In this document: positions 26,919-39,163 of the stretch, one piece after another | How positions within the stretch are numbered: position 1 is the first letter of the stretch | How the letters are laid out: each line of letters starts with the position of its first letter | DNA from: Eledone cirrhosa | Taxonomy: Eukaryota | Length of the DNA stretch: 64,000 bases | Reading direction: 5' to 3' | Assembly: GCA_964016885.1 (NCBI GenBank) | Contig: OZ024743.1 | Span: forward strand, 188,232,001-188,296,000 | Position numbers and translations under genes: made by a program | Notes under the pieces: generated by a model | The model's input: only the letters and a program-made list of their open reading frames with translations | Told to the model about the DNA's origin: nothing | The model's database searches: none

Positions 26919-27293
26919 TGTAGCGGTTGTCTCCCTTGTTTTGATTAGGATCTAGACGGGAAGTGGAACCCTTTCTGCAACTTCCGGTCAGAGCACTATA
27001 AAACTAACAACTTTAAGCTTCCTTTCGCTCTTTGCCTTTTCGGCACCAGGTCAAGAGCCTCTCATTGGGCTCCGCCATTAATTTGGCCAACAGGCGCCTG
27101 GCTAAGGCCAGGCGTCCTCTGCCAGCCGCGTTTGCCTGGCAATCAAAACGGTAACTACTAACTTTGCTTCATTCTAACAACATCCTCATCTTTGACATGT
27201 CAAGTATACTATCTACCATTGTTAATTAAATATTATACACACAAACCATGTCTCGTTTTGTTACATTCATACAACCTCAGTAATCTCGCTATA
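26919..27293 (+). repeat. 3' LTR
   Basis: By eye it differs from the 5' LTR by two substitutions and one 4-nt loop inversion. Confidence 0.95.
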
Positions 27294-28104
27294 GAACTAA
27301 ACACTGGATTTTAAATTCTTGTGGTGTGGACACACAACAATGTCTCATATAATCAGTGATAAGCATAAATATGTTAACAATATTCAACAAAATTCAATAT
27401 TTTAAATGAAATGACATAGTAAAACAATATTGCTTTCAATTTAACAATCAAAATTTAGTCTGTTTATCATAATATATATTTATCTCCATTAGACGTTCAG
27501 GGCCCATGAATTCATTAATTGTATTTTAACATTAACTTAACTATTATTTTTAATATACTTTTATCGCTCCATATTCAATGCACTGAAAGAAATTTTAATC
27601 CTGAATATATTTACTTTATTTAAATTCTATCCAATTGTTAATTGTCAACAACACAGGTTATTCAGTATCTGAAATATATATTTTATTTACTCAAATTTCT
27701 ACTAGAATTATATTAAAGCCAGCCATTTATAAAACCCCATCAGCAAGACTCATTTAGTCTTGTATGTAATAGGCTGAATTTCCATATATACAAAGCTATC
27801 AATGTTTTCTTTCAATTTCACAGTTATATATTTTTTCTTCAGGGAAACAAAGAATGAGGAAGAAAAACACTAAAAATTTGTTTCAAAGAAAAACGATTAA
27901 CTGCAATATTTTATTGTTTGTTTCTTTTATGTGTTCTTTTTTAAAACTTGTTTTGTTTACATTCTCATAACAATTTGGTAGAAAGTTAATAATACAATTT
28001 CAATGATTCTTCTCTATTCTTAGCATTATTTTGGACTTGTGGGTTTTTTATTTATATATCTACACATGCACACATATAATAATTCACTTATAACACACAC
28101 ACAA

Positions 28105-28150
<46 letters not shown>

Positions 28151-28249
28151 ATTTATATATTTATATATATTTATATATTTATATATTTATATATATTTAT
28201 ATATATATATATTTATATATATTTATATATATATATATATATTTATGTA

Positions 28250-28338
<89 letters not shown>

Positions 28339-28362
28339 TTATATATATATATATATATATTA

Positions 28363-28731
28363 TGTAGGCGTCATGACAAAAAACACACAGTCCACACTGT
28401 AATGTGGCCGTGTAGGTAACACGGTAAAAACCTCCCAGTACACACTGTAAACGTGGTTGGTGTTGGGAAGGGCACCCAGCCGTAGAAAACTCGCCAGACG
28501 TGTAGGTGTCACGACAATAAAACACACAGTCCACGCTGTAATGTGGCCGTGTAGGTAACACGGTCAAAGCCTCCCAGTCCACACTGTAAACGTGGTTGGT
28601 GTTAGGAAGGGCATCCAGCCGTAGAAAACCCGCCAGACCGTCCTGAGCAAGACAACCGATCTTGCCTCAAGTGGGACAATTCCCGTCCAGACCCATGCTA
28701 GCGTGGAAAATAGACGTTAAACGATGATGAT
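28363..28731 (+). mobile_element. Family C RTE-tailed short element with internal tandem duplication
   Basis: A ~138-bp block (tgtagg..acacacagtcc..GGAAGGGCA.CCAGCCGTAGAAAAC) is present twice, then CCCATGCTAGCGTGGAAAATAGACGTTAAACGATGATGA. Flanked by (TA)n. Confidence 0.75.
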
Positions 28732-28757
28732 ATATATATACATATATATATTCTATA

Positions 28758-28819
<62 letters not shown>

Positions 28820-28976
28820 TGGAATAAATGCTCTGAAATAGCGATATATATGTGAATATAGACATAGAATATTCGAAAATATTCTGTATGTTTATAATAA
28901 ACATTTTGAAGACCTAATCGCTATAGAATAGAATACGTCACGTATTACAATTAGATTCTCGATAAAAGCAAGGGAA

Positions 28977-29019
28977 GTAATCTACGCGTTTCATTCTTGT
29001 TAGAAATCTTCAGGACTAC
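28977..29019 (-). ncRNA. Minimal type I hammerhead ribozyme motif (array copy 1)
   Basis: Reverse complement reads gtagtc-CTGAAGA-tttctaacaagaat-GAAA-cgcg-TA-gattac. Confidence 0.8.
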
Positions 29020-29286
29020 ATATCCAGTGCTTTTATCGAGAATGACACAGCTAGAGACTTATAGAATACTTAGCTGTGTACAGGAACTGGTTTGAAAGAG
29101 CGGTTGCCGGTCCGGCAGAAATTAGAAATTGGAATAAATGCTCTGAAATAGCGATATATATGTGAATATAGACATAGAATATTCGAAAATATTCTGTATG
29201 TTTATAATAAACATTTTGAAGACCTAATCGCTATAGAATAGAATACGTCACGTATTACAATTAGATTCTCGATAAAAGCAAGGGAA

Positions 29287-29329
29287 GTAATCTACGCGTT
29301 TCATTCTTGTTAGAAATCTTCAGGACTAC
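29287..29329 (-). ncRNA. Minimal type I hammerhead ribozyme motif (array copy 2)
   Basis: Identical to copy 1, 310 bp further on. Confidence 0.8.
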
Positions 29330-29596
29330 ATATCCAGTGCTTTTATCGAGAATGACACAGCTAGAGACTTATAGAATACTTAGCTGTGTACAGGAACTGG
29401 TTTGAAAGAGCGGTTGCCGGTCCGGCAGAAATTAGAAATTGGAATAAATGCTCTGAAATAGCGATATATATGTGAATATAGACATAGAATATTCGAAAAT
29501 ATTCTGTATGTTTATAATAAACATTTTGAAGACCTAATCGCTATAGAATAGAATACGTCACGTATTACAATTAGATTCTCGATAAAAGCAAGGGAA

Positions 29597-29639
29597 GTAA
29601 TCTACGCGTTTCATTCTTGTTAGAAATCTTCAGGACTAC
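29597..29639 (-). ncRNA. Minimal type I hammerhead ribozyme motif (array copy 3)
   Basis: Identical to copy 1, 620 bp further on. Confidence 0.8.
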
Positions 29640-30071
29640 ATATCCAGTGCTTTTATCGAGAATGACACAGCTAGAGACTTATAGAATACTTAGCTGTGTA
29701 CAGGAACTGGTTTGAAAGAGCGGTTGCCGGTCCGGCAGAAATTAGAAATTGGAATAAATGCTCTGAAATAGCGATATATATGTGAATATAGACATAGAAT
29801 ATTCGAAAATATTCTGTATGTTTATAATAATTGTAATACGTGACGTATTCTATCCTATAGCGATTAGGTCTTCAAAATGTTTATTATAAACATACAGAAT
29901 ATTTTCGAATATTCTATGTCTATATTCACATATATATCGCTATTTCAGAGCATTTATTCCAATTTCTAATTTCTGCCGGACCGGCAACCGCTCTTTCAAA
30001 CCAGTTCCTGTACACAGCTAAGTATTCTATAAGTCTCTAGCTGTGTCATTCTCGATAAAAGCACTGGATAT

Positions 30072-30114
30072 GTAGTCCTGAAGATTTCTAACAAGAATGA
30101 AACGCGTAGATTAC
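30072..30114 (+). ncRNA. Minimal type I hammerhead ribozyme motif (array copy 4)
   Basis: Stem I GUAGUC/GAUUAC, core CUGAAGA at 30078-30084, stem II UUCU/AGAA, GAAA at 30099-30102, palindromic ACGCGU stem III. Predicted cleavage after GUA at 30108. Confidence 0.8.
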
Positions 30115-30381
30115 TTCCCTTGCTTTTATCGAGAATCTAATTGTAATACGTGACGTATTCTATTCTATAGCGATTAGGTCTTCAAAATGTTTATTATAAA
30201 CATACAGAATATTTTCGAATATTCTATGTCTATATTCACATATATATCGCTATTTCAGAGCATTTATTCCAATTTCTAATTTCTGCCGGACCGGCAACCG
30301 CTCTTTCAAACCAGTTCCTGTACACAGCTAAGTATTCTATAAGTCTCTAGCTGTGTCATTCTCGATAAAAGCACTGGATAT

Positions 30382-30424
30382 GTAGTCCTGAAGATTTCTA
30401 ACAAGAATGAAACGCGTAGATTAC
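30382..30424 (+). ncRNA. Minimal type I hammerhead ribozyme motif (array copy 5)
   Basis: Identical to copy 4, 310 bp further on. Confidence 0.8.
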
Positions 30425-30546
30425 TTCCCTTGCTTTTATCGAGAATCTAATTGTAATACGTGACGTATTCTATTCTATAGCGATTAGGTATTCAAAATGT
30501 TTATTATAAACATACAGAATATTTTCGAATATTCTATGTCTATATT

Positions 30547-30578
<32 letters not shown>

Positions 30579-31155
30579 CTAGTAGAGTAGCACATCGTTG
30601 CCGGGCAATTTTCACCACAGAATGACTTTCTTTCGATTTTTTTTTCATTCCATGTCAGACAATGTCACTCCTCTGCATACTCTCCTGTTACTTATTTTCT
30701 TTTGCTTGTCCCCATGAATCGTCAATAGTCCCCAAGATCGTTTCTAAGGAAATTTATACTGTCAAAGTGGTATAAGTGGTTTGTTGTGTACTTTAATGAA
30801 CATCCTCACGTAAACATCAGGTGACCACTGTGAGGACAACTTTCTGCCTCACAGATAAAATCAATGTCTCTTGTTGACAGCATGGAAGCATGGAATAATA
30901 AGGTCACATCCAAGAAAAGCATGAAATGATAAATAAATGTCAGACTACTTAAATTACAGTAACAGTAATTGATAGTTTTACTATTTTCTTTTTTTTTCTT
31001 TAATTCTTTTTATTTTTCTCTAGGACACACAGTTTTGGTAACTTTTGGTGACATACACACATACATAAAACACGCTTACACACATGCACTCTCAAATATA
31101 TTGTGTGTGTATATATATATATATATAGAATTAAAGTGTATTTTGTATACTTAAT

Positions 31156-31330
31156 TCTTTCTACTTTAGGCACAAGGCCAGCAATTACCCAGTGCATTAC
31201 TGGTACTTTATTTTATCGACCCCGTAAGGATGAAAGGCAAAGTCAACCTCGGCGGGATTTGAACTCAGATCATAAAATAACGTAACTATGCTGGAAAGCA
31301 TGGCGTCAAACCCTCTACCGATACTGCCAA
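31156..31330 (-). mobile_element. Family A SINE with 17-bp TSD
   Basis: Reverse complement of the 9164 family. TATTTTGTATACTTAAT is duplicated at 31139-31155 and 31331-31347. Confidence 0.9.
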
Positions 31331-33552
31331 TATTTTGTATACTTAATGATACGTGATATGTTTATGAATAAACATTTGAAAGCCTTTCGCTATGAACTTT
31401 AGAACCTGGTGGCCTACAGCTCCATGTGCAAATGAGGCTAATCAGCCCATGTACAGAGGTGTCAAAACTATATGTGTGCCTATATTGAGTTCCAGCAGAA
31501 AGCAAGGTAAAGGGGAGCATTACCTTGATAATGACCATCAGTCAGAAATGGTCATCTATAAATTCCTCCTTGCTGTTATTTCCCACCTTGCGGTAATTGC
31601 CTCCTAATTGTTATTTCCCTCACAGTATGACATGTCCTTATATTTAATAAGTAATCAAGGATCTCCTAGAGGAAATCTGCTTGGGAAATTACTTTAACCA
31701 CCATGTTTTTCCAATCCTGCTCCATCTGGTTATCATTTTTTAAACTAAACCACACAAGAGTATTTTGATAGCCTTTGACTAATATCAAGGAATAAAGTTG
31801 AAAAATGATTTTGTCTTCTATTTCACATCAAAACTTAAGTAATTTTATAAACATGACATTTATAATCTTGTTGACAGATACGATAAGGTTATCAGAAACA
31901 ATGGAGAATATATTGATGATTATATTGATTTGCAAAATACTTGTTAAAATCAGAGGGAACTTTCATTCAAACTTGATATACATATGTGTTTTATATTTGT
32001 GTGTGTATGTTGTGTGTGAGCATGCATGTATGTGTATGTGTGCATATGTATGTAAGTATATATCATCATCATCATCAACGTTGTTTTAACGTCAACTTTC
32101 CCTGTTAGCAAGGGATGGACAGGTCCACACAGATCAAGTCAGTACTGAAGTGGAGCCACTCAGCTCTATCTTGTTTATCTTCTGTCTCACATTCCATATA
32201 GTGCACAGGAGAGGTTGTCATGTCTTAGATACAACAGAAGGTCCTCCCAACACATTGCTTGGCAAAATGTCTATGGCTGGATGCCTTTCCTATCAGCAAC
32301 CACTTAAAAGCATATACTGGGTGCATTTATATATATATGTTATGATAAACAGACAAGGTGTGATTAGAAAAACTTATTTAACTATACATTCTAACAGATG
32401 TTTCATCATTGAGGTACGTCACAGGGTCTACAAAAGCTGTTTAGATATATTAACTGCTCTAATCATTTCCTCACATTCAATCATTACTCAGAGAATATAA
32501 ATAAAATACTTAGAATTTCTAGTGATATCAGCAGAGATGATAGATGAATACTGGAATGAACTAAAATGATAATTCAGTACTATATGAAAATGCCAAACTA
32601 AAGCATGGTAAAATAGACAACATAAAAGTTAAAATAATATCTAAACATAGGAATGATTTGACACTTAGACAAATTAGGGAGGCTACAGAATTAGACTTAA
32701 GGAAACCTAGGCTGAACAGAAAACATACACTAACACACACTAGTGATCGAAAATAGAATATAAATATATACAGATGCAATAACAACACCCTCACACAATC
32801 ACACACTAGTGACCAAAGATAGAGTATAAACACATAAACACATGCAGACTCGATCACAAACATATGGGCACACATCAAACAGAATGCATGCACTGAAATG
32901 CATGTGCTAAGAGAGACAACTATCACAACAACCGAGTGAGTGCTGTTGTTGTTGTGCAGTCACTAGATTGGTGTCATTTTACTGACTTATTTGAGGGTGT
33001 GCATGAATAGCTTTGGTGTTGAGTGTGCTGATTGGGTTGGATTGGTATATAGATGTCTGTATGTGTGCATGCAAGAATAAGCGTATTTCTATAGTGCTAT
33101 GTAATGGTGTGTGTGTGTCCTAATGTGCTCGGGTGTGTGTGCATGCACATGTGCAGGATGTCTGTCTGGGAACTGATTCTGGATGAGATTTTCTGAAATC
33201 TGTTAGTGGGTTTTAGGTAAAGTTGTGGCTGTGTGTACATAAGTCTGTGCACACCTAGGGATGTATGTGCTGGTGTGGGTGTGCGTACTAAATGCCAGGA
33301 AATAGTCTCACCCTCCTGAATTGTGTAAGGGGTCTAAGATTAAAGTAGGTCCGGTAAGTCTGGTGTTTGCCCTTTGTACTAAGTAACTGTACGTTAATGA
33401 ATAGAATTTGGAGTCTTTTCAGAACATAGATTATTGGCCCAGCTCAGCTGTTGGACCCCGACCCTGTAATATATTTATCCCAAGTATTGTGTTTTTTGCT
33501 GAATAATGGTCTCATTTGTTTAAAACAGGTAAAATCGTGATTTCTAACCCCC

Positions 33553-33610
<58 letters not shown>

Positions 33611-33658
33611 ATATATATATATAAATAGATATAGATATATATACATACAAAAATACAC

Positions 33659-33690
<32 letters not shown>

Positions 33691-34115
33691 ATTTCTATGT
33701 ATGTACATCGTATTTCATTTTTTTCCCCAAAATATTACTAAATCCAAATAGGAAGAAATGTTATCTATTTCAATCTCCTTTGAATTTTATTTTTCATTCA
33801 ACAACACACATGATAACAACATTGTTTGCTTTATAAATTAGAATTTTGATTATCAATACTGAGCTAAACAAATCAAAAACAAGAAAACAAGAATAAAAAA
33901 AACACAAACGTTTTTTTGTGTGTACGTACACATGTTGCAAGCAAGTGATAAGTTTAAATAGTTTATTTCAGAACACCATAAAAATAGTTTTAGGGCATTG
34001 GAGGTGTCTTTTAGATATTTAAATGTAAAAGTCTAAGTCAATACCTTGAAGAGAAAGCTTAAGGAAAGGATATTACATCTTATGCACACGTGAATTTTAC
34101 ATGGAATAATGATGA

Positions 34116-34678
34116 TATAATAATATTATTAATATTTGATTCATTTGCAAGCAAACAGGCTAATAATGCTTTCTTTATTAACCACAAGGGTTTACACAAA
34201 GTAGACATTAAGGACAGTTCAGGACAATACAGGACGGTACAAAAGGGCATTTCTGCGTGTAAAAAACAAAAAAACAGAGGATGTAATAATAGAACAATGA
34301 AAAAATTCCCCAATAGGGAGGAGACTTCCGAGGGCCATCGTGGAGAAAGCCCATTAAAAAAGCCACGGTGACCCTGACCACCAGGGCAATTGTCCTCTCC
34401 CAGTTTTCCACCTTCAATTTACAGGCATATACTCAGAGTAGGTCCACTCACTTGGGCCATCCTTGCCTCTCTCACCCATATTTCAACAAAAAGCTTCCCA
34501 AACAGGCTAATAATAGTATGTGTTTTAGATGACTATTTTCAACCTATTGTTCTAGCAATAACAGAGAGAAACAATTGACAATTGTTTCAAAGTTATTGCC
34601 CCTAGTCAAGATTGTGTATCTCTCCTTTTTCTGAGGCTGTTTGCTTGCAAACAAATCGAATATTAATAATATTATTAT
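34116..34678. mobile_element. Putative MITE with ~42-bp imperfect TIRs (hosts a nested LINE fragment)
   Basis: ataatattattaatatttgattcatttgcaagcaaacag (~34117-34158) is nearly the reverse complement of 34637-34678. Confidence 0.5.
34168..34498 (-). mobile_element. L1/Tx1-like 3'-end fragment with 16-bp TSD
   Basis: Reverse-complement homology to 7120-7447. CAAACAGGCTAATAAT occurs at 34152-34167 and 34499-34514. Confidence 0.8.
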
Positions 34679-34839
34679 TATATTATTATTATTTGATATA
34701 AAACTCACTAATGCATTTACCTATGTGCTGTGTTAGAGCAAAAACAAATTTTCTTTTTTCTTTTTAGCCAAGCCAACCATAAAACTACTTGGTATGCAAA
34801 TTAGGCTAATCAGCCAATATATACTTTAGAGAATACTAT

Positions 34840-35340
34840 ATATTTTCAAGTGTTCTAGTGCGTAGCATCTTTCGAAACATATTTGCTTCCTTTCTCTCCA
34901 TCCTTTGCATAACCTCTACATTCACCATCTCAATACGTTAACAAGCATCATAAAGCCAACTTTTATTTCATTGGGAGAAACCTTTTGCTGTCAACAGAGG
35001 TAGTAGCTCTCTGAACATTTTCCACCCTGTTTTTATTATAGCAAGCTACAAAATTTAGTAGAGCATCCTCTTTGACTAATTCTATCACCTAGGTAACAGA
35101 AGCTATCAACAACATCTATGGAGTTTTCCTGGGGTTGGAAAACATTTATTTTATTGATGCTCTAGCAACTAACTTTCCATGAGTGCCTGCCACACACAGT
35201 TCAACTTTTATGTCTACAGAGGATTGCAGCATCTCACCAACTATTTTTGATGGTCCTGCGGCTTTACCAATTTTCACCTTCTTGACCTGTCCATTTGGAT
35301 AGCTTGACCTCTATTGTGTAGTTGGGGGCAGTTTATTCTT
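34840..35340 (-). mobile_element. Degraded RTE LINE fragments
   Basis: Homology to ~35860-36020 and ~48260-48460 (VDSFCYLGD region). Confidence 0.6.
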
Positions 35341-35444
35341 TACCTGATTTTCTAAATTGATATGTATAGCAATCAAGTGTGTTCACAGTTATTTTTCTGT
35401 ATTCGAGATTTTATACATTTCATCATAATTTATATATATATATA

Positions 35445-36040
35445 TCATCAACATCATCATCATTATCATGATTTTATGTCTGCTTTTCCTCTAGTCATCA
35501 TGGGCCTTCGTCATGTCATCTATAAGCTTCAGCGATATCAGTTCAGCTCTCACCACCTACACCCATGATTTTTGTGTTCTACTGGGATTTCTTGGCATTT
35601 CTTTACCCAGCGGTCATTCTCCATGTGCATCACATGTCCATATCAACCCAATCTTCTCTCCCGCACACTACAGTTTATCCCTCTTATACACAGCTTCACT
35701 CTTAAATCATCTATGCCTGTTTTTTCACACACATTGACATTGCACATCCATTGGAGCATGCTTGCCTCATTTCTCTCCAGCCGTCGCATATATTCTGCAG
35801 TTGTTGACCATGTCTCACTGCCATGCAGCATCATGCATCTCACACAGGCATCACATAACCAGCCTTTTGTTCATAGGGTGAAAACCTACACTGTCAACAG
35901 AGGAAGCAGCTCCCTAAACTTCTTCCAGCCCATCCTTATTCTAGATACTATGGCCTCAGAACACCCTTCTCCCTTGCTAATCTGATCACCTAGGTATTGG
36001 AAGCTATCAATCACCTCTATAGATCCTACCTGCATTTGAA
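35445..36040 (-). mobile_element. RTE LINE 3' fragment
   Basis: ORF 35643-35843 MMLHGSETW...RRLERNEASMLQWMC...VRERRLG, with a (CAT)n tail. Confidence 0.85.
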
Positions 36041-36154
36041 AAATGTGTCTATCACATATGTATCAAAGTAGTTTCACAACAGTTAATTAACTGGAACTAC
36101 TTCTACCAAATTCGTCCAATGGAGTGAGTGGTCTACTACTGTGGATATAACCTA

Positions 36155-36455
36155 CCTGGTGTTAGGAAAGGCATCCATCTGTAGAAAGCAAGCCAAAATC
36201 AGTTCTGTATGAGCAAGACATGGTCACCTGACCTGGCATTGCCCACAACACGACAACTCATCTAACCCATGCTAGCATGGAAGAATGGATGTAAAATGGT
36301 GATGACGATATATATATATATATATATATATACTCACTGTAAATGAGGTTGGTGTTAGGAAGGGCATCCAGCTGTAGAAATCAAGCCAGAATCAGTTCCC
36401 GTCCCACCCTTGCAAGCAGAGAAAAGCAGACGTAAAAATGATGATGATGATGATA
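36155..36455 (+). mobile_element. Two family C RTE-tailed short elements
   Basis: GTTAGGAA(A/G)GGCATCCA motif and (GAT)n tail, each present twice and separated by (TA)n. Confidence 0.7.
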
Positions 36456-36749
36456 TATACATACACACACACAATTTATATTGAAAATATGATGCCTTTC
36501 AATATCGATATTCATTTAAATTTATAGTTCAAAACTTGATATAAAGGACCAATAAAGAAACATGAAGTATCTTTAATGAAAAAGATCAAACCCGAATACA
36601 GAAATACAGTCATGTTTTCAATATAACATGTTTGAAGGGATAAGCTGCTTCCAATATATCAAAGTCTCTCTCTCTCTCTCTCTCACTCTCTCTCTCTCTC
36701 TCTCTGTATATATATATATACAATATGATCAACATTCCAAGATAATGCT

Positions 36750-37790
36750 AAAACCATGGGTAAGATACTGCAGAAATAATACTGCTGTTTTCAGCAATCC
36801 TGATATGGCTGATCTGGGCTGTATCAGTGATGTTAATCCCTAACACTCTATATCAGATGGATATAATGCTTGGTGCTCCTGTTGTCTTAGTGGCAATAAA
36901 AGAAACTAAACACAATTCAGCAGTTGGCCCCAATAGGTTCCCTGCTTGTGTCCTGAAGGTGTGTCGACACCAACTTGCATCTCCTCTTGCTAATCTGTGG
37001 GGGAGCTCACTGGATGCTGGATATATACCAGAAAACATACTATCCCAGTCTGTTGTCCCAGGTTTCAAAAAGGGGAACAAATCCCTTGCCATGAATTACC
37101 GTCCAATTTCATTGACCTCTCATATCAGTAAGGTATTTGAGAGGGTGATGTGATCATGAATAACTCACTTTCTTGAAAGCAACAATCTGCTAAACTCCAG
37201 CCAACATGGATTTCGTAATGGAAGGGATTGCCTACTTTGATTTCAACAAGGTCTTTGACAGGGTTGAACACAACATTCTAATAAGAAAACTATCCAACAT
37301 TGGTGTCACTGGAAAGTTGCTGCAGTGGATGAAGTGTTTCCTGTCAAACAGAACCCAACATGTTGTATTCAAAGGAGTAAAATCCAGCCCAGCCAAAGTC
37401 AGTAGTGGTATACCACAAGGCACAGTGTTGGGCCCACTTCTTTTCATTATCTATATTAATGACATTACTGACATCATCAAGTGCAGCAGCATAAGAATCT
37501 TCGCAGATGATTCCAAGCTCCAGAAGGTCATCAATGGCGGTGGTGATTGGATATGCCTCCAATCAGATCTACTGGTTGTTATTCAATGGGCAGAAAAGAA
37601 CAATATGCTACTGAACGAGGATAAATTTGAGTTAATCCACTCTGGAAAAGAGGATGCCCTGAAACTCCCATACTCCCTTCCTTCAGGTGAAACCTTCATG
37701 GCATCCAACATGAGAGACTTGAGAGTAATTGTGGACAACAGCATAAGCTAGGCCACTCATATAAACAGTAAAGTTGACATGGCCTGCAGA
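36750..37790 (+). mobile_element. CR1/L2-group LINE RT fragment (pseudogenised, internal deletion)
   Basis: SAVGPNRFP...NYRPISLTSHISKVFERV, QHGFR, YFDFNKVFDRV, SGIPQGTVLGPLLF, IFADDSKL. Confidence 0.9.
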
Positions 37791-38369
37791 AACACTAAAC
37801 TGATTTTGTTTACTATAAGTATATATATATATACTCAAGAAAAACGGTAAACAGAAATAAATAGACGGGGGAATGTAGTATGTCTGAATGGCTCCTGAAA
37901 CTGGAGATAGTGGGGTTATGGGGTGCATCTAGGAGGAATGATAGTAAGAATACTAATAAAAAGCAAAATAAAAATAAAAATGAAAAATGAATATAAAATT
38001 AATCATAAGGAGAAGAGGTGGGGAAAAGTTGAAGTACTTAGGGGAATGTTCACTAATGGCAGTGGTTGTTTTGATGGAGTTGTGCCTGTGCCTGCACATG
38101 CACTTCTTCCCCATTCCATCCCACATTGACAATTCTAGGGCCATAAATATCATGTGTTGTCTAGTGCTGTCAAAAACGAATTGGGTGTAGGTAATGCTGA
38201 TAGTGTGTGGGTCTCTGCATATGAAGAGGGGTGCTATGTGGAGGCAATTACAATCTAATTTTATGACAGGGTAGTGTCTTTATTGGTCTGTGTAGCCCAC
38301 CTTGAAGAATAAGAATAACAATACATGCACACACAGACCCATATATATACATATATATATATATATATG

Positions 38370-38418
<49 letters not shown>

Positions 38419-38710
38419 ATATATCATCATGCATCAACATTTCATTTTATCCTGCTTGCAAGGGTGGGACGGGAACTGATTCTGGGTTGATTTCTACAGC
38501 TGGATGCCCTTTCTAACACCAACCTCATTTACAGTGAGTGCTGGTTGCTTTTTTTTCTGTGGCACCTACACGACCACTTTGCAGTGGAATGATAGGGACC
38601 CCAGTCCCTAGCATCTCATTTCTACAGCTGAGTAAACTGGAGCAATGTGAAATAAAGTGTCTTGCTCAAGGAAACAACACATCACCCGGTCTGAGAATTG
38701 AACTCACGTG

Positions 38711-38808
<98 letters not shown>

Positions 38809-38816
38809 TATGTATG

Positions 38817-38954
<138 letters not shown>

Positions 38955-39163
38955 GTAACCATACAATCCAATCAAGAAGGAGAGATTAGAGATTAGTTTG
39001 GGAGATTTACTAGCCAGTAATGAAGAGGACAGTGTGCTCAATGCGTATAAGATGCAAGACAATCATGCAGTGAAAGCAAGCAAGAGAAATAAAATCATGC
39101 AATAAGAAGTTTGATTTTAAAATCACCTAGGCCTATTGATTCGTATACTGATAAGTCTCATTC

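Larger units (their letters stand above)
25149..27293 (+). mobile_element. Young non-autonomous LTR retroelement (TRIM/LARD-like, probably Gypsy-dependent)
   Basis: Two 375-bp LTRs (25149-25523, 26919-27293), 4-bp TSD GAAC (25145-25148, 27294-27297), tRNA-Trp PBS from 25525, purine-rich PPT at ~26907-26915. No recognisable gag/pol ORF in the ~1.4-kb interior. Confidence 0.95.
28816..30551. repeat. 310-bp tandem array (~3.3 units) joined to an inverted array of the same unit (~2.3 units); retrozyme / PLE-pLTR-like
   Basis: Unit starts at 28816, 29126, 29436 and 29746. The strand switches at 29828-29830. Inverted units recur at 29831, 30141 and 30451. Flanked by (TA)n on both sides. Confidence 0.95.

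Noticed and set aside
28816-30551. CRISPR array or ordinary satellite interpretation of the 310-bp repeats
   Set aside because: The units are wholly identical with no unique spacers and there are no cas genes. The low copy number, inversion and ribozyme motif fit a retro-copied unit better than a satellite.
30577-30615. Helitron/Helentron-like terminus ACTAGTAGAGTAGCACATCGTTGCCGGG
   Set aside because: Too short, and no partner end identified.
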